Shown here: positions 1 through 9,867 of the stretch, one piece after another
Layout: the number at the start of each line of letters is the position of its first letter
How positions within the stretch are numbered: position 1 is the stretch's first letter
NCBI GenBank assembly: GCA_029259155.1
Contig: JAPDJI010000006.1
Span: 5,657 to 69,656, forward strand
Direction: 5' to 3'
From: Candidatus Methanomethylicia archaeon
GTDB lineage: Archaea > Thermoproteota > Methanomethylicia > Nezhaarchaeales > B40-G2
Length of the DNA stretch: 64,000 bases
Notes under the pieces: model-generated
The model's input: only the letters and a program-made list of their open reading frames with translations
What the model was told of the DNA's origin: nothing
Databases searched by the model: none
Made by a program: the position numbers and the translations under genes

Positions 1-1
1 T

Positions 2-928
2 GTGCTTCCTATCCACTTACTTGCAGGTACATCGACTAGCGTCGACGTGAAAGTCTACGTTCCCGAACAGGCATCATCGGTGGGCTTCTCCGTAGAGGTG
101 CATTACCTCTTACATGGCTTAGAGCATACCCTAACAAGGGTTTTCAGCCTACCTACCATTGAGGCTCTTAAGCCTCTCTCCATCGAGGCCGATAGCTATG
201 AACTATCTCCGGACGCGCTAAACTCCATTAAGTTGACGTTAACCAACACCGCTACTCAGCCCATAACCAATTTAACCTTAAGCTTGTCTGGACAAGCCCT
301 CTCGTTGATAGGGTCAAACGAAGTATGGGTTGAGGAGGTAGAAGCCGGGGGGATCGAAGAAGTAGAAGTAGTGGTTAGGCCCTCAAGTCAAGCTGACAGC
401 TACCTCCTGACAGTTCAAGTAAACTACGCTGTAGGGGATATGGCGTACTCAGATACCTTCAACCTATTCTTCACCAAGTCTACGAGGCCTCGACTCTCCT
501 TCTCCTCAATAGAGGTCTCTAGGACTGGCGAGTACGTCTATGTACGTGGACAAGTAATAAACGTCGGTAGGAGCGCTGCTAACTACGTCAACGTTACGGC
601 TAGCTCTGAGCAGCTTAGTTTTGAAAAAGGATCGACCTATATAGGTACCTTAGAGCCTGGGGAAGCAGCCAGCTTTCTCCTTACGAGCCCTATTGAGGAG
701 CCTGGTATCTATTATGTCACCTTGAGTGGCTTTTACGCTGATGAAGCAGGTTCATGGTTCGTGGAGGTTAGAGAAGTTCAGATCACGGTTGAAGAAGTTC
801 CTGGTGTTGAAGGGGCTAGAGCTGTATCAATACACGAGCTTCTTCTCCCCGTTGCAGGGCTGGGTATTGGACTGTTTATAGCTGGCTTGGTAATCGGAAG
901 GTATGTGGGAGGACGCCGTGAGGCTTAG
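2..928 (+). CDS. Partial (5' end outside window) secreted repeat protein with CARDB-like beta-sandwich motifs (NxGxxxA, e.g. VINVGRSAANYVNV) and a C-terminal TM anchor; ends with TAG
   Basis: ORF open from the window edge. Repeated Ser/Thr/Val-rich beta-strand segments and a C-terminal hydrophobic helix LLLPVAGLGIGLFIAGLVIG followed by basic residues. Lies directly upstream of an FtsX permease, a typical pairing. Confidence 0.45.
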   Translation: MLPIHLLAGTSTSVDVKVYVPEQASSVGFSVEVHYLLHGLEHTLTRVFSLPTIEALKPLSIEADSYELSPDALNSIKLTLTNTATQPITNLTLSLSGQALSLIGSNEVWVEEVEAGGIEEVEVVVRPSSQADSYLLTVQVNYAVGDMAYSDTFNLFFTKSTRPRLSFSSIEVSRTGEYVYVRGQVINVGRSAANYVNVTASSEQLSFEKGSTYIGTLEPGEAASFLLTSPIEEPGIYYVTLSGFYADEAGSWFVEVREVQITVEEVPGVEGARAVSIHELLLPVAGLGIGLFIAGLVIGRYVGGRREA

Positions 929-2090
929 CGACCAGTTTAAGTTTGCCTTAAGGGCTCTCATGGGAAGGAAACTACGTAGCGGCTTAACTCTTCTAGGCAT
1001 CGTAGTAGGCGTTGTGCTGCTCGTCGCAGTATTTGTGGTGGCTGATAGCGTGACTGCTTCGGTCGAGCAAACTTTACTGAAAGGTGGAGCTAACCAAGTA
1101 TACGTCATAGCGGGGGAACGTTACCTTACGGATAGCGACAGGTCGCTGTTAGAGTCCATCCCCCACGTTACCGCCACAATAAGCTACTTCTACTATGAAC
1201 CGGTCACTGTAAGTTTTGGTGGCGCTTCAGAGACCGCTGCAGCAGTCTTCGTCGAACCTGAAGGTCTACTAAGCCTTTACCCAGGCTTAGAGGCAGAGGA
1301 GGGTGTTGTTGAGATAACCCCTTCGGAGTGCTTAGTGGGAGGTAGGTTGGCTGAGGAGCTCGGGGGAATGGTGAAGAGCGGCGACCTCATACAGGTGTCG
1401 GCTATGGGTAAGACAACCTCGCTGAGGGTTGCAGGTGTTCTTAAGCGATATGGCTTCACCTTCGCTGGCTGGGTGGACATGAGCGTAATAGCGTCGATAG
1501 ACGTGGTTCAGCGACAGGGCGCTTTGAAGTATTACCCCTATGTCCTAGTGATAGTAGATCGCCCAGATAACGTGGAGGTAGTCGTCGACTTGATTAAGGA
1601 TCTATATAGTGGATCCGTGAGCCTTTTCGTGATAAAGGACATAGTGCGCCAAATAATGAACGCAATGGAAAGCACGACCCTAATCATAGGTGGAGTGGCC
1701 GCTGTAACGCTCGTGGTAGCTGCGGTCGGCTTGATGAACGCCATGTTTACCGCTGTAGCTGAGCGCACACGTATCATAGGTGTATTGAGGGCTTTAGGGG
1801 TTAAGAAGAGGGATGTCATGTTCCTTTTCCTGATAGAGGCTTTGGCCTTAACCTCTATAGGCCTTGCCATAGGCTTACCTTTAGGCCTCACTATAGGTGC
1901 CTTGCTTGTCTCCTATGGTGGTTTTTCCCCAGGCCCCACGGGAAGGGTTATGGAACTACCCATCACGATAGAGCTAAGCCACCTTCTTCTTGTAATACTG
2001 GTCCCTCTCCTTCTTTCGTTGATAGGAGCATTACCTCCAGCTTATAGAGCTAGTAGCCTTGAACCAGCTCAAGCTTTAAGACAGGAATAA
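903..2090 (+). CDS. ABC transporter permease, FtsX/MacB-like (N-terminal TM, large extracytoplasmic domain, C-terminal 3-TM FtsX domain)
   Basis: N-terminus FKFALRALMGRKLRSGLTLLGIVVGVVLLVAV matches the FtsX/MacB permease start; C-terminal TM cluster. The true start is probably a little downstream of 903 (overlaps the previous stop). Confidence 0.75.
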   Translation: MWEDAVRLSDQFKFALRALMGRKLRSGLTLLGIVVGVVLLVAVFVVADSVTASVEQTLLKGGANQVYVIAGERYLTDSDRSLLESIPHVTATISYFYYEPVTVSFGGASETAAAVFVEPEGLLSLYPGLEAEEGVVEITPSECLVGGRLAEELGGMVKSGDLIQVSAMGKTTSLRVAGVLKRYGFTFAGWVDMSVIASIDVVQRQGALKYYPYVLVIVDRPDNVEVVVDLIKDLYSGSVSLFVIKDIVRQIMNAMESTTLIIGGVAAVTLVVAAVGLMNAMFTAVAERTRIIGVLRALGVKKRDVMFLFLIEALALTSIGLAIGLPLGLTIGALLVSYGGFSPGPTGRVMELPITIELSHLLLVILVPLLLSLIGALPPAYRASSLEPAQALRQE

Positions 2091-2114
2091 TATATTTTCT
2101 CAGAGGCTGAAGAG

Positions 2115-2354
2115 TTGTCGGCCCCAGAGCTTTTCATGTTAAGCCTCGCGTTGATAATGTTGGGCTTTCTACTGGTCTTTGCAGCTATCCTCCTATGGGG
2201 CGTTAGGAGTGGGGAGAAAGTTAGTGGTGGAGGGGTTTTACTGCTCGGACCCATACCTATAATCTTCGGTTCCGACGTGAAGGCGGTAAAGGCGGTCGCG
2301 GCTCTTGCCATCATCTTAATGCTCCTAGTTTTACTGTTCTTCACCCTAAGGTGA
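2115..2354 (+). CDS. Small two-TM membrane protein (DUF131-like archaeal family)
   Basis: 79 aa, two hydrophobic helices flanking a GGG loop; tightly spaced with the downstream gene. Confidence 0.4.
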   Translation: MSAPELFMLSLALIMLGFLLVFAAILLWGVRSGEKVSGGGVLLLGPIPIIFGSDVKAVKAVAALAIILMLLVLLFFTLR

Positions 2355-2360
2355 TGGCGC

Positions 2361-3443
2361 TTGATCCTAGTCAAGACTCCCTTAGGTATGGAAAGGATAG
2401 CGGCTTCACGTATAACTGAGCTGGATGTAAACGTGGAAGTAGAGGCTAAGCCTTATGGTTACCCTGGCCTCGTCCTTGTTAAGGATGGATCTGAGGAGCT
2501 AGCCTCTAAGATTAAGGGCGAGGTCATAGAGGCTGAAAGGGTTCTGTTAGCTGATGAGGCGGTGAGCGCTGACATCGACTCTATAGTCAGCGCAGCGGTC
2601 AAGGTGGCTAAGCATAAGTTAACCGGCGCAAAGAGCTTCGCGGTAAGGACTGTCAGGAGGGGTTCTCACAGCTTTACTAGCATAGACGTAAACGTAAAGG
2701 TAGGAGCAGCTGTGAAGGCTGAGTTAGGCCTTCCTGTGGATCTAAGGAACCCTGATAAAATGCTTTGCATAGAGGTCTTGAAGGATTTAGTCCTCATAGG
2801 TGTGATGGAAGGCTCAGAGCTCCACCATAAACTCGGTCCGGGTAAACACTCAGTCCTCCCTTATCTTAGAAAGGCAGCCGTGGTTCAGATGCCTTACTTA
2901 GATTCCTTGGACGCTGCAAGGGAAATGGGCATAAGGATAGGCAGAGAGGTACAGACCTTTGAGGTCAAGGAGCTGGTAGTGGCCTTCATAGGCTCTGTGA
3001 AAGCCAGGGAACTTCAAGCTTTCCTTAATGGCGTCTTCGAGGGGATTAATTCGCGCTTTGAGATTCAACGACGTATCTACGCTCATACCGTGCATAAAGT
3101 GCCGGTTTACGTACAGGATCTTTACCAACTAGTAAGGGATAGGATGAAGGAGCCCCTCATAGTCTTTGAACCTGAAGGGCGTCCAGCCTCGACTTTGACC
3201 GAGGAGCTAGCCTCCTTTTTTACCGAGAGACATGGCAGGGTTAATCTCTTGTTAGGTTCCCGTGAAGGTATTCCTAGCGGCGTGTTTAGGTTCGCTGATC
3301 TAGTCGTCGACCTATGCCCTGGCGTAACCATAGCTACTGATCTAGCTGCTGCGTCAGCTCTCATAGCAATTGCAAGCGCCGTGGAGGAATGGCTTATTTC
3401 ACACGAGGAACAAAAGGCTAAGCAAGCCATGTCGGTTTCGTAA
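2361..3443 (+). CDS. Putative RNA methyltransferase: N-terminal THUMP-like domain plus C-terminal SPOUT (SpoU/TrmH-like) fold
   Basis: C-terminal LLLGSREGIPSG...ADLVVDLCPGVTIATDLAAASALIAIASAV resembles the SPOUT motif II/III region; N-terminal half resembles THUMP RNA-binding domains. Confidence 0.45.
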   Translation: MILVKTPLGMERIAASRITELDVNVEVEAKPYGYPGLVLVKDGSEELASKIKGEVIEAERVLLADEAVSADIDSIVSAAVKVAKHKLTGAKSFAVRTVRRGSHSFTSIDVNVKVGAAVKAELGLPVDLRNPDKMLCIEVLKDLVLIGVMEGSELHHKLGPGKHSVLPYLRKAAVVQMPYLDSLDAAREMGIRIGREVQTFEVKELVVAFIGSVKARELQAFLNGVFEGINSRFEIQRRIYAHTVHKVPVYVQDLYQLVRDRMKEPLIVFEPEGRPASTLTEELASFFTERHGRVNLLLGSREGIPSGVFRFADLVVDLCPGVTIATDLAAASALIAIASAVEEWLISHEEQKAKQAMSVS

Positions 3444-3798
3444 TAGAACCCCCTCCTCATTGGTGGTGGAGTTGAGGACTTTGACGAGTCTAACGACCCC
3501 TCTTCTAATTCTAGCTTTAATAATCTCATCGGCGAGCCTGTCAAGCATGGCTAACCACGTAGCTGTAAAGCCAGAGATGGCCGACATAAACAGCGACAAC
3601 GTCATAGGAGACAATCAGTTCCTAAACAACGAGATCCATGATGTTTACGTGGAGCCTGAGAGTCAGGGTTAAGTTTCAGCTCGTGGAGGAGCTCAAGGCA
3701 CCAGCTCCTATGATTGGCACCTCTTTACAAGACGCGATAATTCTTCAAGTTTCTTTAAAAAGCCTGCTTCCTCTCAGCAGAAGACCGCTGTCTTAGTC

Positions 3799-4074
3799 CT
3801 ATCTGTTGTCAACAGGTCCCCTAGCCTCTACCATCTTCTCCAACTTTTTCTCCAAAGTCATTAACTCATATTGAATTGAAAAAGCCTCCGCTAGGTCTTC
3901 GTATACCTTCCTGTAGCCTTCATAGTTCTTATTCTTCGGCAACTCCCCTCTTCTAATCTTTAGTTCAATGTCCTCTGGGCCGGAGGCTCCATAAGCTTTA
4001 AGGAGATCCTCTAGCCGCTTCTTCAGGCCCAAGTATTCACTTAACACTTTCAACAGTTCATCTAAAGCTGCCAC
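3799..4074 (-). CDS. Hypothetical small protein (91 aa, charged/helical)
   Basis: ORF only; downstream of the HMGL-like synthase on the same strand. Confidence 0.3.
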   Translation of the reverse strand: MAALDELLKVLSEYLGLKKRLEDLLKAYGASGPEDIELKIRRGELPKNKNYEGYRKVYEDLAEAFSIQYELMTLEKKLEKMVEARGPVDNR

Positions 4075-4106
4075 TATACCTATAGCGCCCCATAAGAGGG
4101 ATAATT

Positions 4107-5471
4107 TCAGTAGCGCTTAAGTATTAGCCTAGTCCGAGTTCCCGCTACACCTTTAATCGCTCTTATTCTATCTAGCCTCTCGTTAAGCTCGACGATGGAG
4201 CTGGCTGAAAGCCTAACCTCAATGTCGAACTCTCCGCTTAGCTCGAAGACCTCTTCTACTCCCTCTATGCTCAGGATGCGCTTAGCTACTGAAGCGGTGT
4301 GTATATTGCTGGTGCACTGCACCATTACTGAGGCTTCTATTCTTTTAGGTACCTCAACGCTCGGTTTGATCCCTAATACTTCCTCGACGAAGGAAGCAAG
4401 GTCCATGTCGCCGTGTAGGCGTAGAGCTGGCCTGCTCCTCAAGGCCTTTAACACAACGTTCACCTGCTCATTATCCAGCTTTAATCCAAGCTTTTCCAAC
4501 TTGTTTCTAAGAGCCTTGACTGAACAGTACTTCGAAACCTCTATCTCTACCTTCCTGCCAGCTTCTTCAGGCTTTATAGGCCAAAGAACATTTAATCCTT
4601 CAAGCGCCAAGTCCATGCGCGGCCCTGTCTTAACCGTGAAGCTATAGTCTCCTACTACTGGGCTATGGGTGGGTAGAGGTATACCGCTATATTTTTCCAC
4701 GAGCATGGATAGGCGTGGAAGGCCATTTAACCTAACGGTCTCTATTTTAGCTAAGGTCTTTAAGGCTACTGCTACCTCAGCCATTGACGTTATGCCTGGG
4801 CCTTCACCTATGCCGTTAACTGCTACGTGTACTCCTTCAGCTCCTCCGCTTAAGGCGGCTATTGCATTAGCTACCGCCAACCCCATACCGTCATAGCACT
4901 TTGCCTCCAGCTTTGCTCCTACTTTTTTCTTGACCTCTTCGAAGAGGGATCTAACCTCGTTAGGACCCAATAAGCTAGAGGTATCTACTAGGCAGAGTGT
5001 ATCAGCTCCTTCACTAACCGCTTGTTCACAGAGAACCAGTAGATCTTGAAGAGCTGTTTGGGAAGCCCATTCAATAAGCAGGGTGACCTTAACGCCTCTC
5101 TCAAGCGCAGCCTTGATTCCCTCCTTCAGCTCCTTTTCCCAGCTAAGCCCTAGTCTATTTGAAGCCTCTTTCCATGCGGAGGTCGCCAGCATTACTCTAT
5201 CGATGTTGCACTCGATGGCTGCTTCAACTTCTTCAGCAGATAACCAAGCTCTAGCCGCTACTTCAGCTTGTAGGCCTTCACCTGCCACCTCTCTAACAGC
5301 CTCGAAGTCTTCATCACTAATAGCTGGCCTACCTACTTCGATGACGTCTACCCCTATCCTATCTAGCTCTCTTGCAACCTCTACTTTCTGATCTACAGTG
5401 AAGGAAACCCCGGCAGCCAGTTCACCTTCACACAGTGTTGAGTCGACGATCTTTATCTTCAAGCAAGACAC
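4107..5471 (-). CDS. HMGL-like (DRE-TIM) 2-oxoacid condensing enzyme, homocitrate/2-isopropylmalate synthase family, with C-terminal RAM (Lrp/AsnC-type) regulatory domain
   Basis: N-terminal IKIVDSTLCEGE...GVDVIEVG TIM-barrel motifs of the LeuA/NifV/HCS family; C-terminal EGVEEVFELSGEFDIEVRLSASSIVELNERLDRIRAIKGV typical of a RAM domain. Confidence 0.7.
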   Translation of the reverse strand: MSCLKIKIVDSTLCEGELAAGVSFTVDQKVEVARELDRIGVDVIEVGRPAISDEDFEAVREVAGEGLQAEVAARAWLSAEEVEAAIECNIDRVMLATSAWKEASNRLGLSWEKELKEGIKAALERGVKVTLLIEWASQTALQDLLVLCEQAVSEGADTLCLVDTSSLLGPNEVRSLFEEVKKKVGAKLEAKCYDGMGLAVANAIAALSGGAEGVHVAVNGIGEGPGITSMAEVAVALKTLAKIETVRLNGLPRLSMLVEKYSGIPLPTHSPVVGDYSFTVKTGPRMDLALEGLNVLWPIKPEEAGRKVEIEVSKYCSVKALRNKLEKLGLKLDNEQVNVVLKALRSRPALRLHGDMDLASFVEEVLGIKPSVEVPKRIEASVMVQCTSNIHTASVAKRILSIEGVEEVFELSGEFDIEVRLSASSIVELNERLDRIRAIKGVAGTRTRLILKRY

Positions 5472-5565
5472 CTACGCCTGCCTAACCCTATCGGGCTCCA
5501 TTTAAGCCTTATGAGTACGCCTAGACGGGGGGTACCTCAACCCTTAACTCAAGTTAAGAGGGGAG

Positions 5566-5754
5566 TCACTTCTCTATAGCTATTGCGAAGTCTGGGCATA
5601 GGAGTTCGCAGAGCTTACAGGCCAAGCATTTATCATCTATCGGCTTAGGAGGCTCTCCCTCAACCTCTGCTGGGCGAAGTGCTTTACTTGGACAGAACTC
5701 GACGCATATGCCACACCCCTTACATAGCTTCTCATCTATGTAAATCCTGGCCAT
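5566..5754 (-). CDS. porD: 2-oxoacid:ferredoxin oxidoreductase delta subunit (2x[4Fe-4S] ferredoxin)
   Basis: 62 aa with CKGCGICVEFCP and CLACKLCELLCP; last gene of a 4-gene OFOR operon; 1-nt start/stop overlap with the gamma subunit. Confidence 0.8.
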   Translation of the reverse strand: MARIYIDEKLCKGCGICVEFCPSKALRPAEVEGEPPKPIDDKCLACKLCELLCPDFAIAIEK

Positions 5755-6320
5755 TAAACCACCACTAAACTGAAGCCTAACCTTAAGGCTTCAAGTGCAA
5801 CTGACCCTCTCACCTTAGCTCTAACTTCAGGCAGCTCTTCAATCAAAGCTTTTTCGAGGCTACGTAAACTCGGAATGCCCATCAGCTTCGATAAAGCTCC
5901 AACTAAAATTAGATTGCCAAGTAATGGCTTCTTCAACTTCTCTTCAGCTAATCTGAAGGCCGGGATAGTAACAGCTTTATAATTCTCGGTCGATACTTCC
6001 TTCACCTTCTCATCAATCACCAGCAGCCCTCCCAGCTTCAGTTTTCGGAGAGCTTTTCTAGCCACTCTCTCACTCATAATTATCAGGGCATCGAGCCTAG
6101 AAGTAAAAGGATAGGCTATAGGCCCGTCTGAAAGCACTAACTCGCTTAGGCTCAACGTACCCCTAACCTCCGCTCCATAACTGACAGATTGAGAAGCGTT
6201 GAATCCATCAAGCACTGCCGCCTTCCCTATGATAGATCCCGCCACTAAAACTCCCTGTCCACCTATCCCTGCTACTCCTACCTCAAGCCTCAAGCCCAGC
6301 CTTCCTCCCAGCTCTTTCAA
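5754..6320 (-). CDS. porG: 2-oxoacid:ferredoxin oxidoreductase gamma subunit
   Basis: GIGGQGVLVAGSIIGKAA motif typical of POR/VOR gamma; operon context. Confidence 0.8.
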   Translation of the reverse strand: MKELGGRLGLRLEVGVAGIGGQGVLVAGSIIGKAAVLDGFNASQSVSYGAEVRGTLSLSELVLSDGPIAYPFTSRLDALIIMSERVARKALRKLKLGGLLVIDEKVKEVSTENYKAVTIPAFRLAEEKLKKPLLGNLILVGALSKLMGIPSLRSLEKALIEELPEVRAKVRGSVALEALRLGFSLVVV

Positions 6321-7110
6321 TCATTAACTTGTAGGTTTCAACAAAGCCCGGCTTCTCTCTGTCGGCGTAAACCCCGACTAGGATTCTTCCTTCCACATCT
6401 ATGCCGCTGGCCTTACTAACGTCTAGGCTTCTCCGGAGCATCCACTTCATCATCTCAGCTGGCTTAGCCATTTTATTGCGCCTACCGAACTGTGTAGGAC
6501 AATGCGACAAGGCTTCGACGTAAGCAAACCCCTTCCTCTCTAAGGCCCTTCTAATAGCATTTTTCAGCATTACAGCGTGGGCCACGGTCCACCTAGCTAC
6601 GTAGCTTGCCCCTGCATCAGCAACTAGCCTTGCCACATCCATTCCGGGCTCAGGGTTTCCATAGGGAGTAGTGCTGGTGTAGGAGCCTTGCGGCGTGGTT
6701 GGAGCGGTCTGACCCCCAGTCATGCCATAGATCATGTTGTTAACCATTATCACCTTTATCTCTAGGTTTCTTCTAGCTGCATGTATTAGGTGGCTTAGCC
6801 CTATTCCTGCTAAGTCGCCGTCTCCCCCGAAAACTACTACTTCCTTATCCGGCCTAACCATCTTGATCCCTGTAGCCACAGGTATGCTCCTACCATGAAG
6901 TGTATGTATGGTATCGGCCTTAAAATGAGGAGAAGGTATCCAGGAGGAGCAGCCTATTCCGCTACAAAACACGAAGTTGCCCAGGTCTTCGTAGCCTAAC
7001 TCCTCGACTGCCTTAAAGAAACAGTTTGCCACGATACCGCAGCCACATCCTGGACAGAAAGGAGTAGGTAAGACTTCTTCGCGTAGGTATTTAAGAGCGA
7101 AGTGCCTCAT
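6283..7110 (-). CDS. porB: 2-oxoacid:ferredoxin oxidoreductase beta subunit (TPP-binding)
   Basis: CPGCGCG N-terminal motif and GDG...NN TPP-binding region; 4-nt overlap with the alpha subunit. Confidence 0.85.
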   Translation of the reverse strand: MRHFALKYLREEVLPTPFCPGCGCGIVANCFFKAVEELGYEDLGNFVFCSGIGCSSWIPSPHFKADTIHTLHGRSIPVATGIKMVRPDKEVVVFGGDGDLAGIGLSHLIHAARRNLEIKVIMVNNMIYGMTGGQTAPTTPQGSYTSTTPYGNPEPGMDVARLVADAGASYVARWTVAHAVMLKNAIRRALERKGFAYVEALSHCPTQFGRRNKMAKPAEMMKWMLRRSLDVSKASGIDVEGRILVGVYADREKPGFVETYKLMIERAGRKAGLEA

Positions 7111-8258
7111 CTACGCCACCTCAAGAGTTGGTTGACCACTTCCCTAGGGGTGATCGGCCTTCCGCCACCTACCTTATTCAACCCTACTACGCGGCAAGCC
7201 TCCCGCGCCACTCTTCTTACCTCTAAAGATATTTGTCCAAGATTAAGCTCGGGTACGACTATCACATCTACCCTCTCTGAAAGAGCTTTTACAGGTTTAT
7301 CGGGGAAGGGCCAGATGGTCTTCAATCTAACGTGGCCTACCTTTACCCCCTTATCTTCAGCCATCTTTATCGCTTCATATACGCTCCTAGAGGTGCAGCC
7401 GTAAGACACTACTCCTACCTCAGCTTCCTCTATGCCTTGCAGCTCTACCTTAACTATGTCGTCGACGTGATCCATTATCTTCCTAACTAGCCTAGTCACC
7501 AACTTACTATGTACCATGGGCGATGCGGTGTGCCTGTAGCCATATTCATCATGGGTCGATCCGGTGACGAGGAGGTTGAAGCCATCGCCGAGCCTAGGCA
7601 TGGGTGGCACACCGTTAGGTTTAATGGATCCGAAGGGGGCTTCGTCAAGGCTATATGGTCTTCGCCTCTCCACGAGTACTATTTTGTCCTCAGAGGGGAC
7701 CTCCACCCTCTCCCTCAAGTGCCCTACTATTTCATCAGCTAAAACTATGACTGGGCATCGATAACGCTCAGAAAGGTTAAACGCCTCCACGGTTAAGTCG
7801 AACATTTCTTGAGCTGAGTTAGGACATAGAGCAATAATGGCTTGATCTCCGTGTCTACCCCATCTAGCTTGCATGACATCTCCTTGTCCACATTTAGTGG
7901 CTTGGCCCGTAGCTGGTCCCAGACGTTGAACATCCACTATTACGCCTGGGGTCTCCGTCATTACCATGTACCCTATTGCCTCCTGCATGAGGCTAAATCC
8001 AGGGCCGCTAGTCGCTGTCATTGCCTTAGCCCCCGCCCATGAAGCTCCGATTACTGCGTTGATGGCTGCAATCTCGTCTTCGACCTGTAGAAATACTCCC
8101 TTTAAGAGGGGGAGCCTTGACGCCATCCTCTCCATGATCTCCCTCTGAGGCGTAATAGGGTATCCGGCAAAGAAGCTACATTCCGCCGCTAGGGCACCCT
8201 CAGCGCAGGCTACATTCCCCTCCCAAAAATGAACTCCAGCTAGTACTCTCTTCTCCAT
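7107..8258 (-). CDS. porA: 2-oxoacid:ferredoxin oxidoreductase alpha subunit
   Basis: N-terminal GNVACAEGALAAECSFFAGYPITP and overall POR/KOR alpha architecture; first gene of the operon. Substrate specificity not determinable. Confidence 0.85.
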   Translation of the reverse strand: MEKRVLAGVHFWEGNVACAEGALAAECSFFAGYPITPQREIMERMASRLPLLKGVFLQVEDEIAAINAVIGASWAGAKAMTATSGPGFSLMQEAIGYMVMTETPGVIVDVQRLGPATGQATKCGQGDVMQARWGRHGDQAIIALCPNSAQEMFDLTVEAFNLSERYRCPVIVLADEIVGHLRERVEVPSEDKIVLVERRRPYSLDEAPFGSIKPNGVPPMPRLGDGFNLLVTGSTHDEYGYRHTASPMVHSKLVTRLVRKIMDHVDDIVKVELQGIEEAEVGVVSYGCTSRSVYEAIKMAEDKGVKVGHVRLKTIWPFPDKPVKALSERVDVIVVPELNLGQISLEVRRVAREACRVVGLNKVGGGRPITPREVVNQLLRWRR

Positions 8259-9023
8259 GATTAGCCTAGTAGAAGGCTGCCTTCATGCATTTAAGCTTTA
8301 TCAGCTCTCCACACAGCTTCTCAACGCTTTGCCACCTAGTGCCTTCTTGGTGGTAAATTAGTCGACGGAATCAAAGTAAGAACATATATGTTCCTCTTGG
8401 ACAGCTATTTTATTAAAAAAACACTTCTTAACACCTAAACCATAAGTCCTACATAAGGCTAGGGATGGACATGAAGCTGTGTATTGGAGGGGTTTATACG
8501 AAGAACGAAGACGCCATAACTGTTCTCGTTAACCATTACGGCATGTTGCTGAAAGCCGGAAGCAAGCGCTACACCTTCTACGTTGAGCATAGAGGAGTAA
8601 ATTAACCGTAAAAGAGGTAGCTGAGTTAAAGGAGTTAAGGAGAAAGTACCTACATGATAGTACCCTGAGTAGTGGATTAAGCAGAAGACTTTGGACCTTT
8701 TCAGCAATGATTGGGATAAAGAGGCTGAGTTGAGGGAAGAGGCGGAGGGTTGATGTCGAGGACGCTTGGCTTTAAGTGCTTGCCGCTTGGGGGTTAGTGT
8801 TGTTGGCTAAGCTAATGGCTCCTTAGTGGCTGCATGGAATGAGTTTAGTTGGGCGTGGATAACAACTGTCCGCGCCGTGGGGTTTGCGTTAAGGGTTAGT
8901 AGGGTGTTTCCTTAAGTCATCGTCGCCTAGTAGAGCCTTTATCGTTGACTGTCCTCGACGAGGCTGTCTGTGTTTACGGCTTTTGCTTCAATTAAGCATG
9001 CTTTCTCCATGAGCTAGGCGCCC

Positions 9024-9374
9024 TCAGTGACTAGGGTTAAACCTGTCGTGCTTAGCTACGTATAGGTAGGCAGCGTCGTGGAACGTTAGTTTGAGCTTGG
9101 AGGCTAGCTTCATGATCCCTGTGTAGTCCTGGAGGCTCCTCTTTTCAACCTCCTTTTCAAAGGCCCTTCTATCAACCTCGCTGACCCTCGCTCCATGGCT
9201 CTCGATCAACTCCTTAAGCTTCCTTGAAATTCTAATGCTGATCGTCACACTATTTAACGTAGCATGCCTGACATATTTACGGTTGAAATAGCTATGCATG
9301 TTGTGGAGGGCACGGTTCAGGTTAGGAGTTAGCTTTGTTGTCGTGCGGTGTTGGTTAGCAGGAGAAGCGCCCAT
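9024..9374 (-). pseudogene. Degenerate toxin-antitoxin remnant: VapB-like ribbon-helix-helix antitoxin segment fused to a PIN-domain C-terminal-like tail
   Basis: SVTISIRISRKLKELIESHGARVSEVDRRAFEKEVEK resembles archaeal VapB-type antitoxins; the tail LTFHDAAYLYVAKH resembles the last conserved PIN motif; no intact PIN partner nearby. Confidence 0.3.
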
Positions 9375-9867
9375 TGTCTTTGGCTTCGCGGACCCTTTGC
9401 ACTACGTTCTCAAGCCACCCTATCGTCTTCACGTTCCTGATGTCGAACGCTGGGACGTAGGGCTTGATGTCCAATAGAGGGGTTCCGTCGACTATGTCCA
9501 CGTCCTGTATGTGGAGCGTGTTGCCCTCTCTTCGCAGTAACCTGACTATCGATATCCCTATGGGGTTAGGTCTTGGAGGAGCCCGTGTAGCGAAGATTCC
9601 CTGTGGCTGGTTGTTCATGTAGGGTTTAACCTTCAACAGGCTCTCCTTTACGAGGTGGAAGTGGTATATGAGGATGATGTGGGAGAAGCCCTCTAAGCCA
9701 TCTAGCCCCTCCGCGTACTCTGGGTATACCTCGACGGTCCCTTTGACGCCTTCAGCGGCTGCGGGCTATATTGGGGTGCCCTTGGGCTCTTTAAAGGGCG
9801 TATGTATAAACCCTATGGGCTTATAGGTTATGTGAGTACTCGAGGAAAGGAATGGCGTGTTTAACAC
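9355..9867 (-). pseudogene. trmO: trmO/tsaA (YaeB, UPF0066) homolog interrupted by an in-frame TAG at the conserved Gln of the G-x-P-R/I-Q-P motif
   Basis: Translation from GTG (9867) gives MLNTPFLSSSTHITYKPIGFIHTPFKEPKGTPI-[TAG 9766..9768]-PAAAEGVKGTVEVYPEYAEGLDGLEGFSHIILIYHFH...RAPPRPNPIGISIVRLL...DGTPLLDIKPY. All YaeB hallmarks are present and in a single frame. Confidence 0.6.

Noticed and set aside
827-1108. Antisense or shadow ORFs inside confident genes (e.g. 827..1108-, 1277..1480-, 4195..4647+, 12670..13221-, 33302..33523-, 34666..35130-, 54361..54627+, 58041..58289+)
   Set aside because: Each lies fully within a well-supported gene on the opposite strand, has low-complexity Ser/Thr/Ala/Pro-rich translation and no motifs. 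They are typical shadow ORFs in a roughly 50% GC genome.
8470-8740. Two short plus-strand ORFs (MKLCIGGVYTKNEDAITVLVNHYGMLLKAGSKRYTFYVEHRGVN; VAELKELRRKYLHDSTLSSGLSRRLWTF...) as a toxin-antitoxin pair
   Set aside because: No recognisable toxin or antitoxin fold motifs, and they sit in a decayed region. Most likely these are further gene fragments; they were left uncalled.
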